Source: an uncultured Nitrospiraceae bacterium (GTDB lineage: Bacteria > Nitrospirota > Nitrospiria > Nitrospirales > Nitrospiraceae). From it: a stretch of 64,000 nucleotides of DNA. Numbering within the stretch: the stretch's first letter is position 1; the number at the start of each line of letters is the position of its first letter. Both the position numbers and the translations under genes were made by a program. The DNA lies in NCBI GenBank assembly GCA_963730935.1, contig CAVSTP010000002.1, positions 608,001 through 672,000 on the forward strand, given 5' to 3'. Shown here in pieces: positions 30,713-40,494 of this stretch. The notes under the pieces are model-generated. The model worked only from the letters and a program-made list of their open reading frames with translations. It was not told the origin of the DNA and did no database searches.

Positions 30713-31384
30713 ATGCACATGCGGCGGTTTCTCTACGAAAATGGTCTTTTACTCATTATGTTTGGACTCTTCCTGGTTTTCCTTGCCGGGCAAAGTATGG
30801 CCGGTTGGCTCGTTTACAATGCCGATCAACAGGAGCACCAGCAGCCTGCTATACCGTATAGTACTTATCTGCAAAGCAGTCACTTCTTGGAAGCCGTCTT
30901 CGAAAACTGGGAAAGCGAGTTTCTGCAGATGGGCGCGTATGTAATTCTCACGGTTTTGCTTCGACAAAAAGGGTCACCAGAGTCCAGGCCACTTGATACT
31001 AAAGGTACCGGAGAAGACAGTGTTGCGGCTGCCAGACGGCGTGCCAATAGCCCATGGGCAGCACGGCAACATGGATGGATACGGAAACTCTACGAGTATT
31101 CTCTTACGCTCGCCCTTCTCTTCCTTTTCATTCTTTCTTTCATTCTCCATGCCGTATCTGGCCAACATGTCTTCAATGAGGAGCAAGCACTTCATGGGGG
31201 GTACGCAGTCACCACAAGCGGTTACGTCATGACCTCACAATTTTGGTTCGAGTCACTCCAGAATTGGCAGAGCGAGTTTCTATCGGTTGGTGTTCTGATT
31301 CTTTTATCCATTTTTCTGCGTCAGAAAGGATCGCCACAATCCAAACCAGTTAGCCATCCACATGGCGAGACAGGTCAAGAGTAG
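30713..31384 (+). CDS. DUF6766-type membrane protein
   Basis: duplicated FENWESEFLQ / FESLQNWQSEFL and LRQKGSPES/Q motifs. Confidence 0.8.
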   Translation: MHMRRFLYENGLLLIMFGLFLVFLAGQSMAGWLVYNADQQEHQQPAIPYSTYLQSSHFLEAVFENWESEFLQMGAYVILTVLLRQKGSPESRPLDTKGTGEDSVAAARRRANSPWAARQHGWIRKLYEYSLTLALLFLFILSFILHAVSGQHVFNEEQALHGGYAVTTSGYVMTSQFWFESLQNWQSEFLSVGVLILLSIFLRQKGSPQSKPVSHPHGETGQE

Positions 31385-31736
31385 TTGAGGGGTGAGCGCG
31401 ATCGAGATTGGTGCCATGAGGTAGCAAAGTCTCCGAGCTATCTTCCACAAGTGCTTTGCGTACACAAAGCTATTGCTACGGCAGGATTAACGATCTACCA
31501 AATGACCACATGAATCTCTGACGGCAGCGAACTAGTAAACCGCAGGTCAGGACTGGCTGGCGACCAGCAGTCAGAGCAAGATTCCCCCTTCGATTCGTCG
31601 GAAGACATCATGACTTCATGCCCTTGCTCGTCGACGGTCGGGTGGTCGTCTTGTCAGAGCGACTCCGTGCCCTCGTCGGCGTAGAGGAATACGTGGATTT
31701 GTTTCTGATCATATCCTCCAGAGGGGTATTGCTCCT

Positions 31737-32456
31737 TTGGGCCTCGAGAGCATAACCTCGCGTGATTTGGCGTTCGGTAGGGGGACGTCCTCTCTTCTAG
31801 CAGTATGTGTGGCACGAAGTAAGGTAGAGCTGTTGGACTTTACAGTGAACCAAGAAGTTGAAGTGCCTCGCACATGCTGGTTTATCGAAAAAGTTTCGCC
31901 TGTGTGGAATCAGGAAGGTGAAAGAGAAAGGAAGCAACCTGTACCAACGCTGTTTCTATTTCATAGAGGTGATGCGTATGCCGGCAGTGAAAGACTCATG
32001 AAAAAGTGGCCGTCTGGTGCACTGCGGTCTATTATCTTGCGACTAAACCGCTTTCATCACGGTCGAACGAATCCTCGATCTTTCGAATATATGAAAGAGG
32101 TAGTTAATACCAGTCTTGGAAGTAGTGGATCGGCACCTGTGAATGATCTAGCGATTCTTCCTCCATTCGATAAGTTCGAACAAATCATTTTACTCTGGCC
32201 GGACGGTAATGGTATGGGCTGGTTCGGCATCGAGCGGAAAGTATTTAGAGCGAAAAATGCCAATGCTCGGGTATATGTTCTGAACGGACGCAAGCGTTTG
32301 TTTGAGCTCCAGCGGAGGCTTTGGCGAAGGTACAAACTAAGAAGGTTTCTGGAGAAAAGTTTTCTACTGGAAAGCGGCCTCTTAGTCGTGTTTTTGCTGA
32401 CTGCTCCCGTACTCGCTCTCTGGGATCTTGCGTTTGGTGCCGACAGCAAGGCGTGA
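31737..32456 (+). CDS. hypothetical protein, possibly 5'-truncated
   Basis: 239-aa ORF directly abutting the methyltransferase; C-terminal TM. Confidence 0.5.
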   Translation: MGLESITSRDLAFGRGTSSLLAVCVARSKVELLDFTVNQEVEVPRTCWFIEKVSPVWNQEGERERKQPVPTLFLFHRGDAYAGSERLMKKWPSGALRSIILRLNRFHHGRTNPRSFEYMKEVVNTSLGSSGSAPVNDLAILPPFDKFEQIILLWPDGNGMGWFGIERKVFRAKNANARVYVLNGRKRLFELQRRLWRRYKLRRFLEKSFLLESGLLVVFLLTAPVLALWDLAFGADSKA

Positions 32457-33365
32457 GTGATGGCTGATACAGACAAGGGCAGGATCCGGAATTGGTGGGC
32501 CCACCACCCGATGACTTATGGCGTACTACACGGAGAGCCGGTCTATCGCACAGAGAAAGGGGACTTGCTTACGGTAGAGTTTGGCAGTCGGGAATTTTTT
32601 GAGCAGTTAGACAAGACCCTTTACAATAATTATCCTGAATTTGCGACGTCAAATGGATTTCTGGGTGCATTGTTTCCTTACGAGCGTTACAGGGGAAAGA
32701 AAGTGCTAGAGATTGGATGCGGCATGGGTACGATGATCATGAATTGGGCACAGCACGGGGCGGAAGTGACCGCAGTCGATCTCAATCCGGTAGCCATCGC
32801 CCAAACCAGGCGACGGTTTGAGATATTTGGTCTGACCGGAACCATCCTAGAGATGGATGCCAACACGCTTCAGTTCGATGATTCATCCTTTGATTATGTC
32901 TATTCCTGGGGGGTATTGCATCATTCTCCGAACCTGCAAAAATCCCTCTCGGAACTTTTGCGAGTACTTCGACCCAAAGGGGAATATGGAATCATGCTGT
33001 ACAACCGTGCATCGATCTATTCATGGTATCTGATTCGATATCTTGAAGGGTTTCTACATGGAGAATCCCGGTTTCTTGATCCTCTAGCTCTGGCAAGTCG
33101 TTACACGGATGGAGATAAGGAGGAGGGAAATCCGCATACGTGGCCAGTGACAAAACGAGAAATGAAAGCATTTCTGTCGCCGCAGTCCTCTCATATGAAG
33201 GCCATCGCATTAGGACCGGTGGACGCATTTCCACCGAAGGTTGCTTCATTTCTTCCCCAACGACTCCTACAAGCTTGGGTAAGGCGATGGGGCTGGGGTC
33301 TATATTTAACTGGCATCAAACGTCTCGGTTCCTCACCTGCCTCTGACACCTCTGTAAGCGCTTGA
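32457..33365 (+). CDS. class I SAM-dependent methyltransferase
   Basis: VLEIGCGMG, AVDL, FDYVYSWGVLHH, LRPKG. Confidence 0.9.
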   Translation: MMADTDKGRIRNWWAHHPMTYGVLHGEPVYRTEKGDLLTVEFGSREFFEQLDKTLYNNYPEFATSNGFLGALFPYERYRGKKVLEIGCGMGTMIMNWAQHGAEVTAVDLNPVAIAQTRRRFEIFGLTGTILEMDANTLQFDDSSFDYVYSWGVLHHSPNLQKSLSELLRVLRPKGEYGIMLYNRASIYSWYLIRYLEGFLHGESRFLDPLALASRYTDGDKEEGNPHTWPVTKREMKAFLSPQSSHMKAIALGPVDAFPPKVASFLPQRLLQAWVRRWGWGLYLTGIKRLGSSPASDTSVSA

Positions 33366-33742
33366 GATTCCAACCGGCGAGAACAAATCGCGTCCTATAG
33401 TCTCGGGAGCTGAAGCGTTTTCAAATCTCGCTACCGATAACTTACAGTATTTTCTGGTGTGTTCTTGGAAGTAGGAATGGAGACAAGTACAAATGAATCT
33501 AGCGGTGCTGAGCCAACGTTATCAAGACTGGCTCGATATCCTTTGATGTAACCATGAAAAAAACCAACCAATACAACAAGACGACCGTGACCAAGGCGCA
33601 TATCACGGTCATGGTCCAAAGCTGTGTTCGGTATGTCATGTCAGTACAGCGGAGCTAAGGCGGTCGTTCAGATGCTGGGAAGTAATGCCCTAAACAGAAA
33701 GCATGGCTGCCACGATGACGAGGCACGCCGGTGATAGGTTCG

Positions 33743-35617
33743 TCAGCGGCAGGCTGCGACCGATAGATGTTGCTTTGACCATAGTTGGAACTGGGCGATG
33801 TTGAACAAGGGCGTGGAAAGATCTTGGCCGCCGCCATGTTGCTGCTCAAGGTCTCTCCGTATTGTCGTGAGGTTGTAGAGACCCGACTCTCTCATGTCTC
33901 GGCTCGACAGTAGATCTTGAAATGGACCATAGAATGCCTCCGACATCCATCGTCTTGCCGGGACCGGAAATCCCATTTTGTCATAACGGGTTCTTACACT
34001 CTCAGGAATACTTCCCGTCATTGATTGCCGCAAAATATACTTGTTCCAGGGGCCTTTCATTTTCCATTCTGAGGAAAGGTTGAAAACCAAAGTCACGAGA
34101 CGATGGTCGAGGAATGGCAATCTCGTCTCTATCCCGTGCGCCATCGAATTGCGATCTTCAATCCTTAGATATAGGGGGAGTGGTTCCCTGCTCACGGCCA
34201 CTTTGAGCGCGTCCTCAAGACAATGAATTTTTGTCGGCTTTTCTATTTTTAGGTGCGCCAGCAGTTCTGAGGTAAACCAGCGCCGTGAATTCAGTGTGGT
34301 GCGGTACTTCCAAGCCGAAGCCCGTCTGTAAATCGGCTGACGTGAAAGCCCGATCTTCAACACGGATACCATCGTATTGAAAAACAACATGTATGGGTTC
34401 AAACCCAAATGGAATCCGTGCTCCTTGTGCTCGTTCCACGCTCGAGACAGCTCTCCTCTTTGCAGCATTCTGTCCCAATGCACGCGAAAATAGGAGTGGT
34501 AGCCACCGATCGTCTCATCTGCTCCCTGCCCGTTCAGGACGACCTTCACTCCTGTTTTTGCGGCCAAGCTCATGAGTTCGAATCCAACAAGCGCGGTCAT
34601 ACTATGGATCGGTTCGTCGTGATGCCAGAGGACCTTCTCAAGCTTGCCTAGAAGAAGCCCGGGGGTGACAACCAGCTCGTTTAGATGTGCTCCGGTAAAC
34701 TTGATCGTGTCGGCAATGTATTGAGATTCGTTGTATTCGTCCGCCATGTACGAGAATGCTTCTACTGGTGTTGAGCTTCCCTTGGCTCTCGTCATGCTGC
34801 AAATAATTGACGTGGAGTCCATTCCGCCAGATAAGCATACTCCTATAGGAACATCGCTCCGCATGCGGAGGCGTACAGACTCCTCGAACAGTTCCTTGAA
34901 GGCTTCACAAGGATGCTTCACCTTAGCCGGCGCAATGTCATCGAGAGACCAGTACGACCACCGCTTCTGCCGGCCGTCCAAATAGAGCTCGAACGCGGAC
35001 CCTGCAGGCACTTGTTCGATCTCTGCATAAAAGGTCTGATTGTCAACATCCATGCGGTCTTCAATGAAGAACCGTGCTGCTACTTCCCAATTGATTTTGG
35101 CTTGATAATATCCGGAATTCACGATGGCCTTGATTTCCGACGCGAACACAAAGAGATTTTCCGTAGAATACCAATACAAAGGTTTCTCACCAAACCGGTC
35201 TCGGGATCCAAATATCTTTTTCTCCGTGACGTCATAGATGAGAAATGCCCACATTCCGTTAAACTTTGAGACACACGCTGTTCCCCATTCACGATACGCC
35301 GCAAGCAAGACCTCGGTATCTCCGGTCGATTCGAAGGTATGACCTCGTGCGGCGAGCTCGGCTCGAAGCTCGACATAGTTGTAGATCATGCCATTGAAGA
35401 CCAGGATGGCTTTCCCGTCGCGACTGATCTTGGGTTGATGACCGCTCGGAGAAGGATCTAGGATTGAAAGTCTTCGGAATCCGAAGCCGACGGAGCCTCG
35501 GATATAGGTTCCCGTATTGTCGGGTCCTCGATGTTGCAGACTAAATGACATGCGTTCGAGGGCATCCGCATCGACTCTTCGACCTTCCAGTCCGATAAGC
35601 GCAGCGATACCGCACAT
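33743..35617 (-). CDS. asnB: asparagine synthase (glutamine-hydrolysing) family amidotransferase
   Basis: MCGI N-terminal nucleophile start, HRGPD, LSGGMDS, GQGADE, ETRLPFLD. Confidence 0.9.
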   Translation of the reverse strand: MCGIAALIGLEGRRVDADALERMSFSLQHRGPDNTGTYIRGSVGFGFRRLSILDPSPSGHQPKISRDGKAILVFNGMIYNYVELRAELAARGHTFESTGDTEVLLAAYREWGTACVSKFNGMWAFLIYDVTEKKIFGSRDRFGEKPLYWYSTENLFVFASEIKAIVNSGYYQAKINWEVAARFFIEDRMDVDNQTFYAEIEQVPAGSAFELYLDGRQKRWSYWSLDDIAPAKVKHPCEAFKELFEESVRLRMRSDVPIGVCLSGGMDSTSIICSMTRAKGSSTPVEAFSYMADEYNESQYIADTIKFTGAHLNELVVTPGLLLGKLEKVLWHHDEPIHSMTALVGFELMSLAAKTGVKVVLNGQGADETIGGYHSYFRVHWDRMLQRGELSRAWNEHKEHGFHLGLNPYMLFFNTMVSVLKIGLSRQPIYRRASAWKYRTTLNSRRWFTSELLAHLKIEKPTKIHCLEDALKVAVSREPLPLYLRIEDRNSMAHGIETRLPFLDHRLVTLVFNLSSEWKMKGPWNKYILRQSMTGSIPESVRTRYDKMGFPVPARRWMSEAFYGPFQDLLSSRDMRESGLYNLTTIRRDLEQQHGGGQDLSTPLFNIAQFQLWSKQHLSVAACR

Positions 35618-36194
35618 CCGTCGATCATCCTTCGTCCGACAAGGGTAACACGTAAGTGCAGGACTGGCAGTATAGGTCATGATTAGAAGCGTTTTATAGT
35701 CGATGCTTGCCCTTAGCAAAATATATGTACATTGCTCTGCCAACGCCTGCTTGCGATCTAGCTGGGTGTCCTTTTCGGCGTGTTTCCTTCTTTGGGGAAA
35801 AAGGCTGGAATCGGAAGGGCGGGCCCCCCGGGTGGCGGAGAGCGGATGCTCATGCGCGACCCCGTAGGCATCGAGTCAAAAAAATAAAACCACTGCACTG
35901 ACCAGTAACACAACAAGCAGCAGCGCAATGCAGATGGCAACGACGGTCATTGACAGATTTTCTGGCGATGCTCCTGCGCCATGCAGTTCCTCCACCATTT
36001 TCTTTGCCCAATTAATCATGGCCACCTCGGATACAGCAGGATGTCTATTCCACCTTGGTCCCGTTTGAGGTCGGTGTGATACATACATCTAACCCGCCCG
36101 CTGAACAAGGTCCTAGCTTTAGTCCGGATTCTTGATCTGCGCTCGTCTAGGAATGCTTCAGTCGATCCTCTAGGAATACTTCCAGGTGCTATGA

Positions 36195-36482
36195 ATGGCG
36201 TTGAACTCTACAATTATGTTCAGCATGGCTAAGGTCCTTCTCGTTCCAATTAGCTGCTATAACTGCGGCCTCCGCTCCTGCGTAAGGTTGTCTCGCAAAA
36301 ACTTAAAAGATGTTTTCATGAGGGTGCTGAGGTGGCACCCGTGGTGGTGTACTGCCTGCGGAACACGCTTCTATCTGCGGCGTAAGGTAGCGGATGATCC
36401 ACAGGCGCTCGTCGGTCCTATGGTGAAACTGGATAGCATGACCGGTGCACACCGGAGTAGAAAACCGCCGGCGGGCCTTTAG
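36195..36482 (+). CDS. small Zn-ribbon protein (related to 44377-44622)
   Basis: CYNCG...HPWWCTACGTRFY. Confidence 0.55.
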   Translation: MALNSTIMFSMAKVLLVPISCYNCGLRSCVRLSRKNLKDVFMRVLRWHPWWCTACGTRFYLRRKVADDPQALVGPMVKLDSMTGAHRSRKPPAGL

Positions 36483-36653
36483 TGTTCATCGAGAAACAGG
36501 TCTCGGTTCTCCATCACGATATCCCACCACGTGCAGCCCATCTCCTCAGCGATATGCTCAATGTGCGATTTGCGTTCTGGTCCCATTCATCCCTCCACTT
36601 ACTAAAAACCAATTCTGGAGAGATAAGTCCGAATCTTGGTTTTGTTGCATCTT

Positions 36654-36830
36654 CTAGATCTCGGCCCTCAGTAGGTCGGTAAAAGCTTGAACTGTCAACG
36701 GCGCGTTGCCCTCCAACCGATTGTTCACTAGCACATAGGCCCGTCGGTTATGCCCGATTGCATTCTTTATGAGCACGACCGCTTCCTTTCGCATGTCAGG
36801 TAGTTCGCCCACAATCTTGTCAATCTTGTC
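36654..36830 (-). pseudogene. C-terminal remnant of a DUF72-like protein
   Basis: IVGELPDMR...RRAYVLVNNRLEGNAPLTV. Confidence 0.55.
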
Positions 36831-36994
36831 ATTGCTTGGGCGAATTATGTACCGCCCTGGCTTAACTCCTATTTGCTCCCTCACTTGACAGTTACTTGAC
36901 AATGAACCCCTAGCGGTCACGGGACCAGATTTGTCTGGTGGTTAGAAAAAGCCATTGAATGCTGTAAGTAGTTGATAGGAACAGGATTGGTGGT

Positions 36995-37052
36995 TGGTGC
37001 CGAAGCCGGGATTTGAACCCGGACACCCTTGCGGGCGCTAGACCCTGAATCT
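36995..37052 (-). repeat. att site: exact 58-bp copy of the tRNA-Leu(CAG) 3' portion
   Basis: identical to 54104-54161; identity ends in the anticodon arm. Confidence 0.95.
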
Positions 37053-37867
37053 GATTAAAGGGATTGCTCAAGTCCTTGGTGGCTTGGGCAATCCCCTTGT
37101 TATTCGTGGTCTCCAGAATGATCGGCTCATCAGTTTTCGTCGGGTCTCGTCGGGGCCTTTCCAGTTACTTGGTGGCGTAGTCTAACACCTGTCTAACACC
37201 TGCAATCAGACAGAGGTTTCCAATACTGAACGGCTCGTCTAAGATTTTCAATCCACGACTCGATACAGATTGGCAGGAGAAAGCATATTACCAGAAAATC
37301 GTCGTTGGGCACCCCCCCCATAGGCCCGTTTGGGTCCCCTCCAATGGGTCCCATTGCCAGCCGGTACCATGACGGGGGTCGCTCATCTATTTCTTGCAAA
37401 TGGTACGCAGGAAGCGGAGGGGGTGGCGAGATTTGGATGAATTTGAGGGAGAGGGACACCCTATCAAACACGATCCGGCACGCTGGTTCCGCTACAGTTT
37501 AGCTTCATCTGAGGGAGGACGACGCCCCGCTGATTAAGAGTACCGTCGAAACCCTACCTCAGGACATCCGCAAGAGAAATCATCAGCAAAAGGCGAGGAT
37601 TCGTGATGGCACAGATCATCCTGGCTCATGGTGTGTCAGGGTGTTTTGGCACCAGCATGGCACCACAGCGCGAGGAACATCGAGCACGATTAGAAGATGA
37701 ACCGCGGTTTAGGAATTTCAGACAGCCCAAGCCCTCAGACAACAAGCAGTGGTTTCACTGGTATTTAGGATAGTTGACTGTGTAGATCTGCCGTGCGATA
37801 AGACTTCCAAGAGTAAGATAAAATTGGACAAAGTTTGGCCTGGTTGAAAACAACCGGATTACGATTT

Positions 37868-39148
37868 ATGTCCGACGAACGCGAGAGTTCTAGCCGTCCG
37901 ACGCTTCGTGGAGACGACGTTCTGCGGAGTGCGAACGAACAACTCACCCTGAGGGCGCTTCAGACGCAAGAGAAGCAAGAGGAGGCTGAACAGCGATGCA
38001 GTGACCTGCGCGAGTTGAACGAAGAATTAAGGAAGAAGCAGCGGCAATTGCAATCGCTGACCTCGGCGCTGGCGTTGACCGAACAACGCGAGCGCAAGCG
38101 TCTGGCCACGGAACTGCACGACTATCTGGCTCAAATGATGGTGGTGGGACGATTAAAGATCGGGCAAGCACGTCCTCGGATGGAGACAGTGGATCCGTCG
38201 CTCTGTCATATGATGAAGGACCTTGATGACATCTTCACCAAATCCCTTTCGTACACCCGGACACTCATGGCTGAATTAAGTCCACCGATGTTGTCTGAAT
38301 TGGGCTTGCCATCGACCCTCAAATGGTTGGCAGAGCAAATGCCTAAACAGCACCAAATGACGGTCGAGGTCATCATTGCACAGGAGCACATTCCCCTGTC
38401 GGAGGACCAGGCGTTGCTCCTTTACCAGTCCGTCCGGGAACTGTTGATCAATGTGGCGAAACATGCTCACACGTCTCATGCCACGGTGGCACTCACCATC
38501 GAACCGAACGATCAGTTGTGTATTGTGGTTCGGGACGACGGTCAAGGCTTTACACCGTCTCTTGTTGAGGCCAAGTCGGCAGAGCACTTCGGACTCTTTA
38601 GCATCAAGGAACGCATGGAGGCGATGGGCGGCTGGTTTCGAATGGACAGTGCTCCGGACCAAGGCGCGACGATGACCATCGCGTTGCCGTTAGGAGCGGC
38701 GCTGCGGTCGCCCGCGGGGCCCGCGGTAACCATGCAAAGCCGGAAAGAAGTCCTCTCGAACCAGAATGGGGCCAGCGTGCACCGGTTGTTGCTGGTGGAC
38801 GACCACCTAATGGTCCGTCAAGGTCTACGCGCGATTCTGGAAGGGTACCCGGCTGTATCGGTCGTCGGAGAGGCCACGAATGGAGTGGAGGCAGTGGCTA
38901 TGGCCAATGCACTCAACCCCACCGTTATCCTGATGGACATCAATATGCCGGAGATGGACGGCATCGAAGCGTCCAAATTAATCAAGGCGGTGCATCCATC
39001 GACCATCATCATCGGCCTTTCCGTGAATAGTTCCGCCCAGATGGTCGAGGCCATGAAGAAGGCCGGCGCCGTCGGGTTTGTCTCCAAAGACGCCGCCGCA
39101 GAAACATTGTACGAGACCATTACGACCTGCCATCCGCTTCTCCACTAG
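37868..39148 (+). CDS. hybrid HisKA_3 histidine kinase with receiver and no recognisable sensor domain
   Basis: ERKRLATELHD, RELLINVAKHA, DDGQGF, FGLFSIKER; REC LLVDDH...ILMDINMP. Confidence 0.9.
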   Translation: MSDERESSSRPTLRGDDVLRSANEQLTLRALQTQEKQEEAEQRCSDLRELNEELRKKQRQLQSLTSALALTEQRERKRLATELHDYLAQMMVVGRLKIGQARPRMETVDPSLCHMMKDLDDIFTKSLSYTRTLMAELSPPMLSELGLPSTLKWLAEQMPKQHQMTVEVIIAQEHIPLSEDQALLLYQSVRELLINVAKHAHTSHATVALTIEPNDQLCIVVRDDGQGFTPSLVEAKSAEHFGLFSIKERMEAMGGWFRMDSAPDQGATMTIALPLGAALRSPAGPAVTMQSRKEVLSNQNGASVHRLLLVDDHLMVRQGLRAILEGYPAVSVVGEATNGVEAVAMANALNPTVILMDINMPEMDGIEASKLIKAVHPSTIIIGLSVNSSAQMVEAMKKAGAVGFVSKDAAAETLYETITTCHPLLH

Positions 39149-39244
39149 GCACATCGTTGCTCCCCTTCGCCCTCCCGTCCGTGGTTCGGTCTATCTGGAA
39201 AGATTAGGACGCGCAGTCCTGACGAAGCCACCGTGGTCTTCGAT

Positions 39245-40474
39245 TCAGCTGACGCCGAGCGGCAGCGTCAACGTGGCCGTGGTGCCCTGGCCGGGAGCCG
39301 ACACCAGGTCAAAGCGGCCGTTCAATGTATGCATGCGTTCTCGAATACTGAACAGACCAAATCCCGACGTGGTGGCGGTGGCCCTACCAGCACTAGCAAG
39401 ATCACAGCCACATCCCTCATCCCGTACTTCGAGACACACATGGCCGGCTCCATAGCGAAGCCTCACCGTGGCCCGATCGGTCCGAGCGTGTTTGGAAATA
39501 TTGATCAACAGTTCACGAACAGATTGGTAGAGCAGCAACTTCTGCTCCTCCGGAATCGACAGGTCCGGGGATTCCGACACCTCGATCGTAACCGCCAGAC
39601 CGTACTGCTGCATCTGCTCGGCAAGCCAGCGTAATGCCGGGAGCATACCGGACTCGCGCAGTGCGGGCGGATTGAGATCGTCAATCAACGTTCGGATGTA
39701 GGCCAGCGACTTCGTGAGCACCTCTTCCGTTTGCTGGATGAGCCCGGCGCATTCGGGGATGAGTCCGCTGGTGTGCTTGGCCTGTCCCAGCTTCAACCGG
39801 CCTAAGACCAGCAATTGCGCGAGATGATCGTGTAGGACCGTCGCCAGTTTCGCGCGTTCCCGGTGTTCAGTCAGATTTAACCTGGTCGCCATCGCCCCCA
39901 ATTGTTTCCGGTCAGCCAGCAATTCCGCCGTTTGCTGCGTGACCAGCGTCTGAAGTGCCTCCGCTCGTATGGTATCATTGATATCGAGCAGCAACCCGCG
40001 GTACCGGGATCGTAGCTGCCTGTCCCGCCAAAAGTGTGCGATCATGGCCATCCAGAATAGGCGCCCGTCGGCGGCCACGCTCCGAAATTCCACTCGAAAA
40101 TCTCGCTGCTCTTTCGCAGCCAGCAAGCACTGGGTAGCGACAGTCGAACGGTCATCCGCATGGATCAAGTCCATCCAGAAGTTCGGCTCTGCCAGCCACC
40201 GTTCGACCGGATAACCGAAAATGACCTGGGCCCGTTGGCTGAGGAAGGTATATTGCCAGGGATCGGCCTCCGCCTCCCAGACGATTGCGTGCAATCCTTC
40301 CACCAGATCGCGATAGCGATCGGTACTCTCCTCGGCCTGTTCCTGGGCGTCGAGCGCCGCCAGCGTCAGCTGCGCGTTGGCCTCTTTGAGTTGGAACCGC
40401 GATGCGGGTCGGTCGGCAGGCCTGTTCGCCCGCCGGGCGTCTGTCGGCTTCTCCCCGTGTTCCATCGTTCCCAT
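39245..40474 (-). CDS. PAS-domain HisKA_3 histidine kinase
   Basis: PAS (IFGYP..W, IHADDR, EFR...DG), ERAKLATVLHD, RELLINISKHA, FGLFSIRER. Confidence 0.9.
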   Translation of the reverse strand: MGTMEHGEKPTDARRANRPADRPASRFQLKEANAQLTLAALDAQEQAEESTDRYRDLVEGLHAIVWEAEADPWQYTFLSQRAQVIFGYPVERWLAEPNFWMDLIHADDRSTVATQCLLAAKEQRDFRVEFRSVAADGRLFWMAMIAHFWRDRQLRSRYRGLLLDINDTIRAEALQTLVTQQTAELLADRKQLGAMATRLNLTEHRERAKLATVLHDHLAQLLVLGRLKLGQAKHTSGLIPECAGLIQQTEEVLTKSLAYIRTLIDDLNPPALRESGMLPALRWLAEQMQQYGLAVTIEVSESPDLSIPEEQKLLLYQSVRELLINISKHARTDRATVRLRYGAGHVCLEVRDEGCGCDLASAGRATATTSGFGLFSIRERMHTLNGRFDLVSAPGQGTTATLTLPLGVS

Positions 40475-40494
40475 CCTTCTTTGCTCGGGGGTCG

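Larger units (their letters stand above)
5724..37052. mobile_element. decayed, composite genomic-island segment between two tRNA-Leu att copies (no integrase retained)
   Basis: bounded by tRNA-Leu 3' repeats at 5724 and 36995; many pseudogenes and att relics inside. Confidence 0.65.

Noticed and set aside
33743..35617. Lasso-peptide cyclase cluster
   Set aside because: The glutaminase Cys is intact, and no B1/B2 proteins or precursor peptide are nearby.
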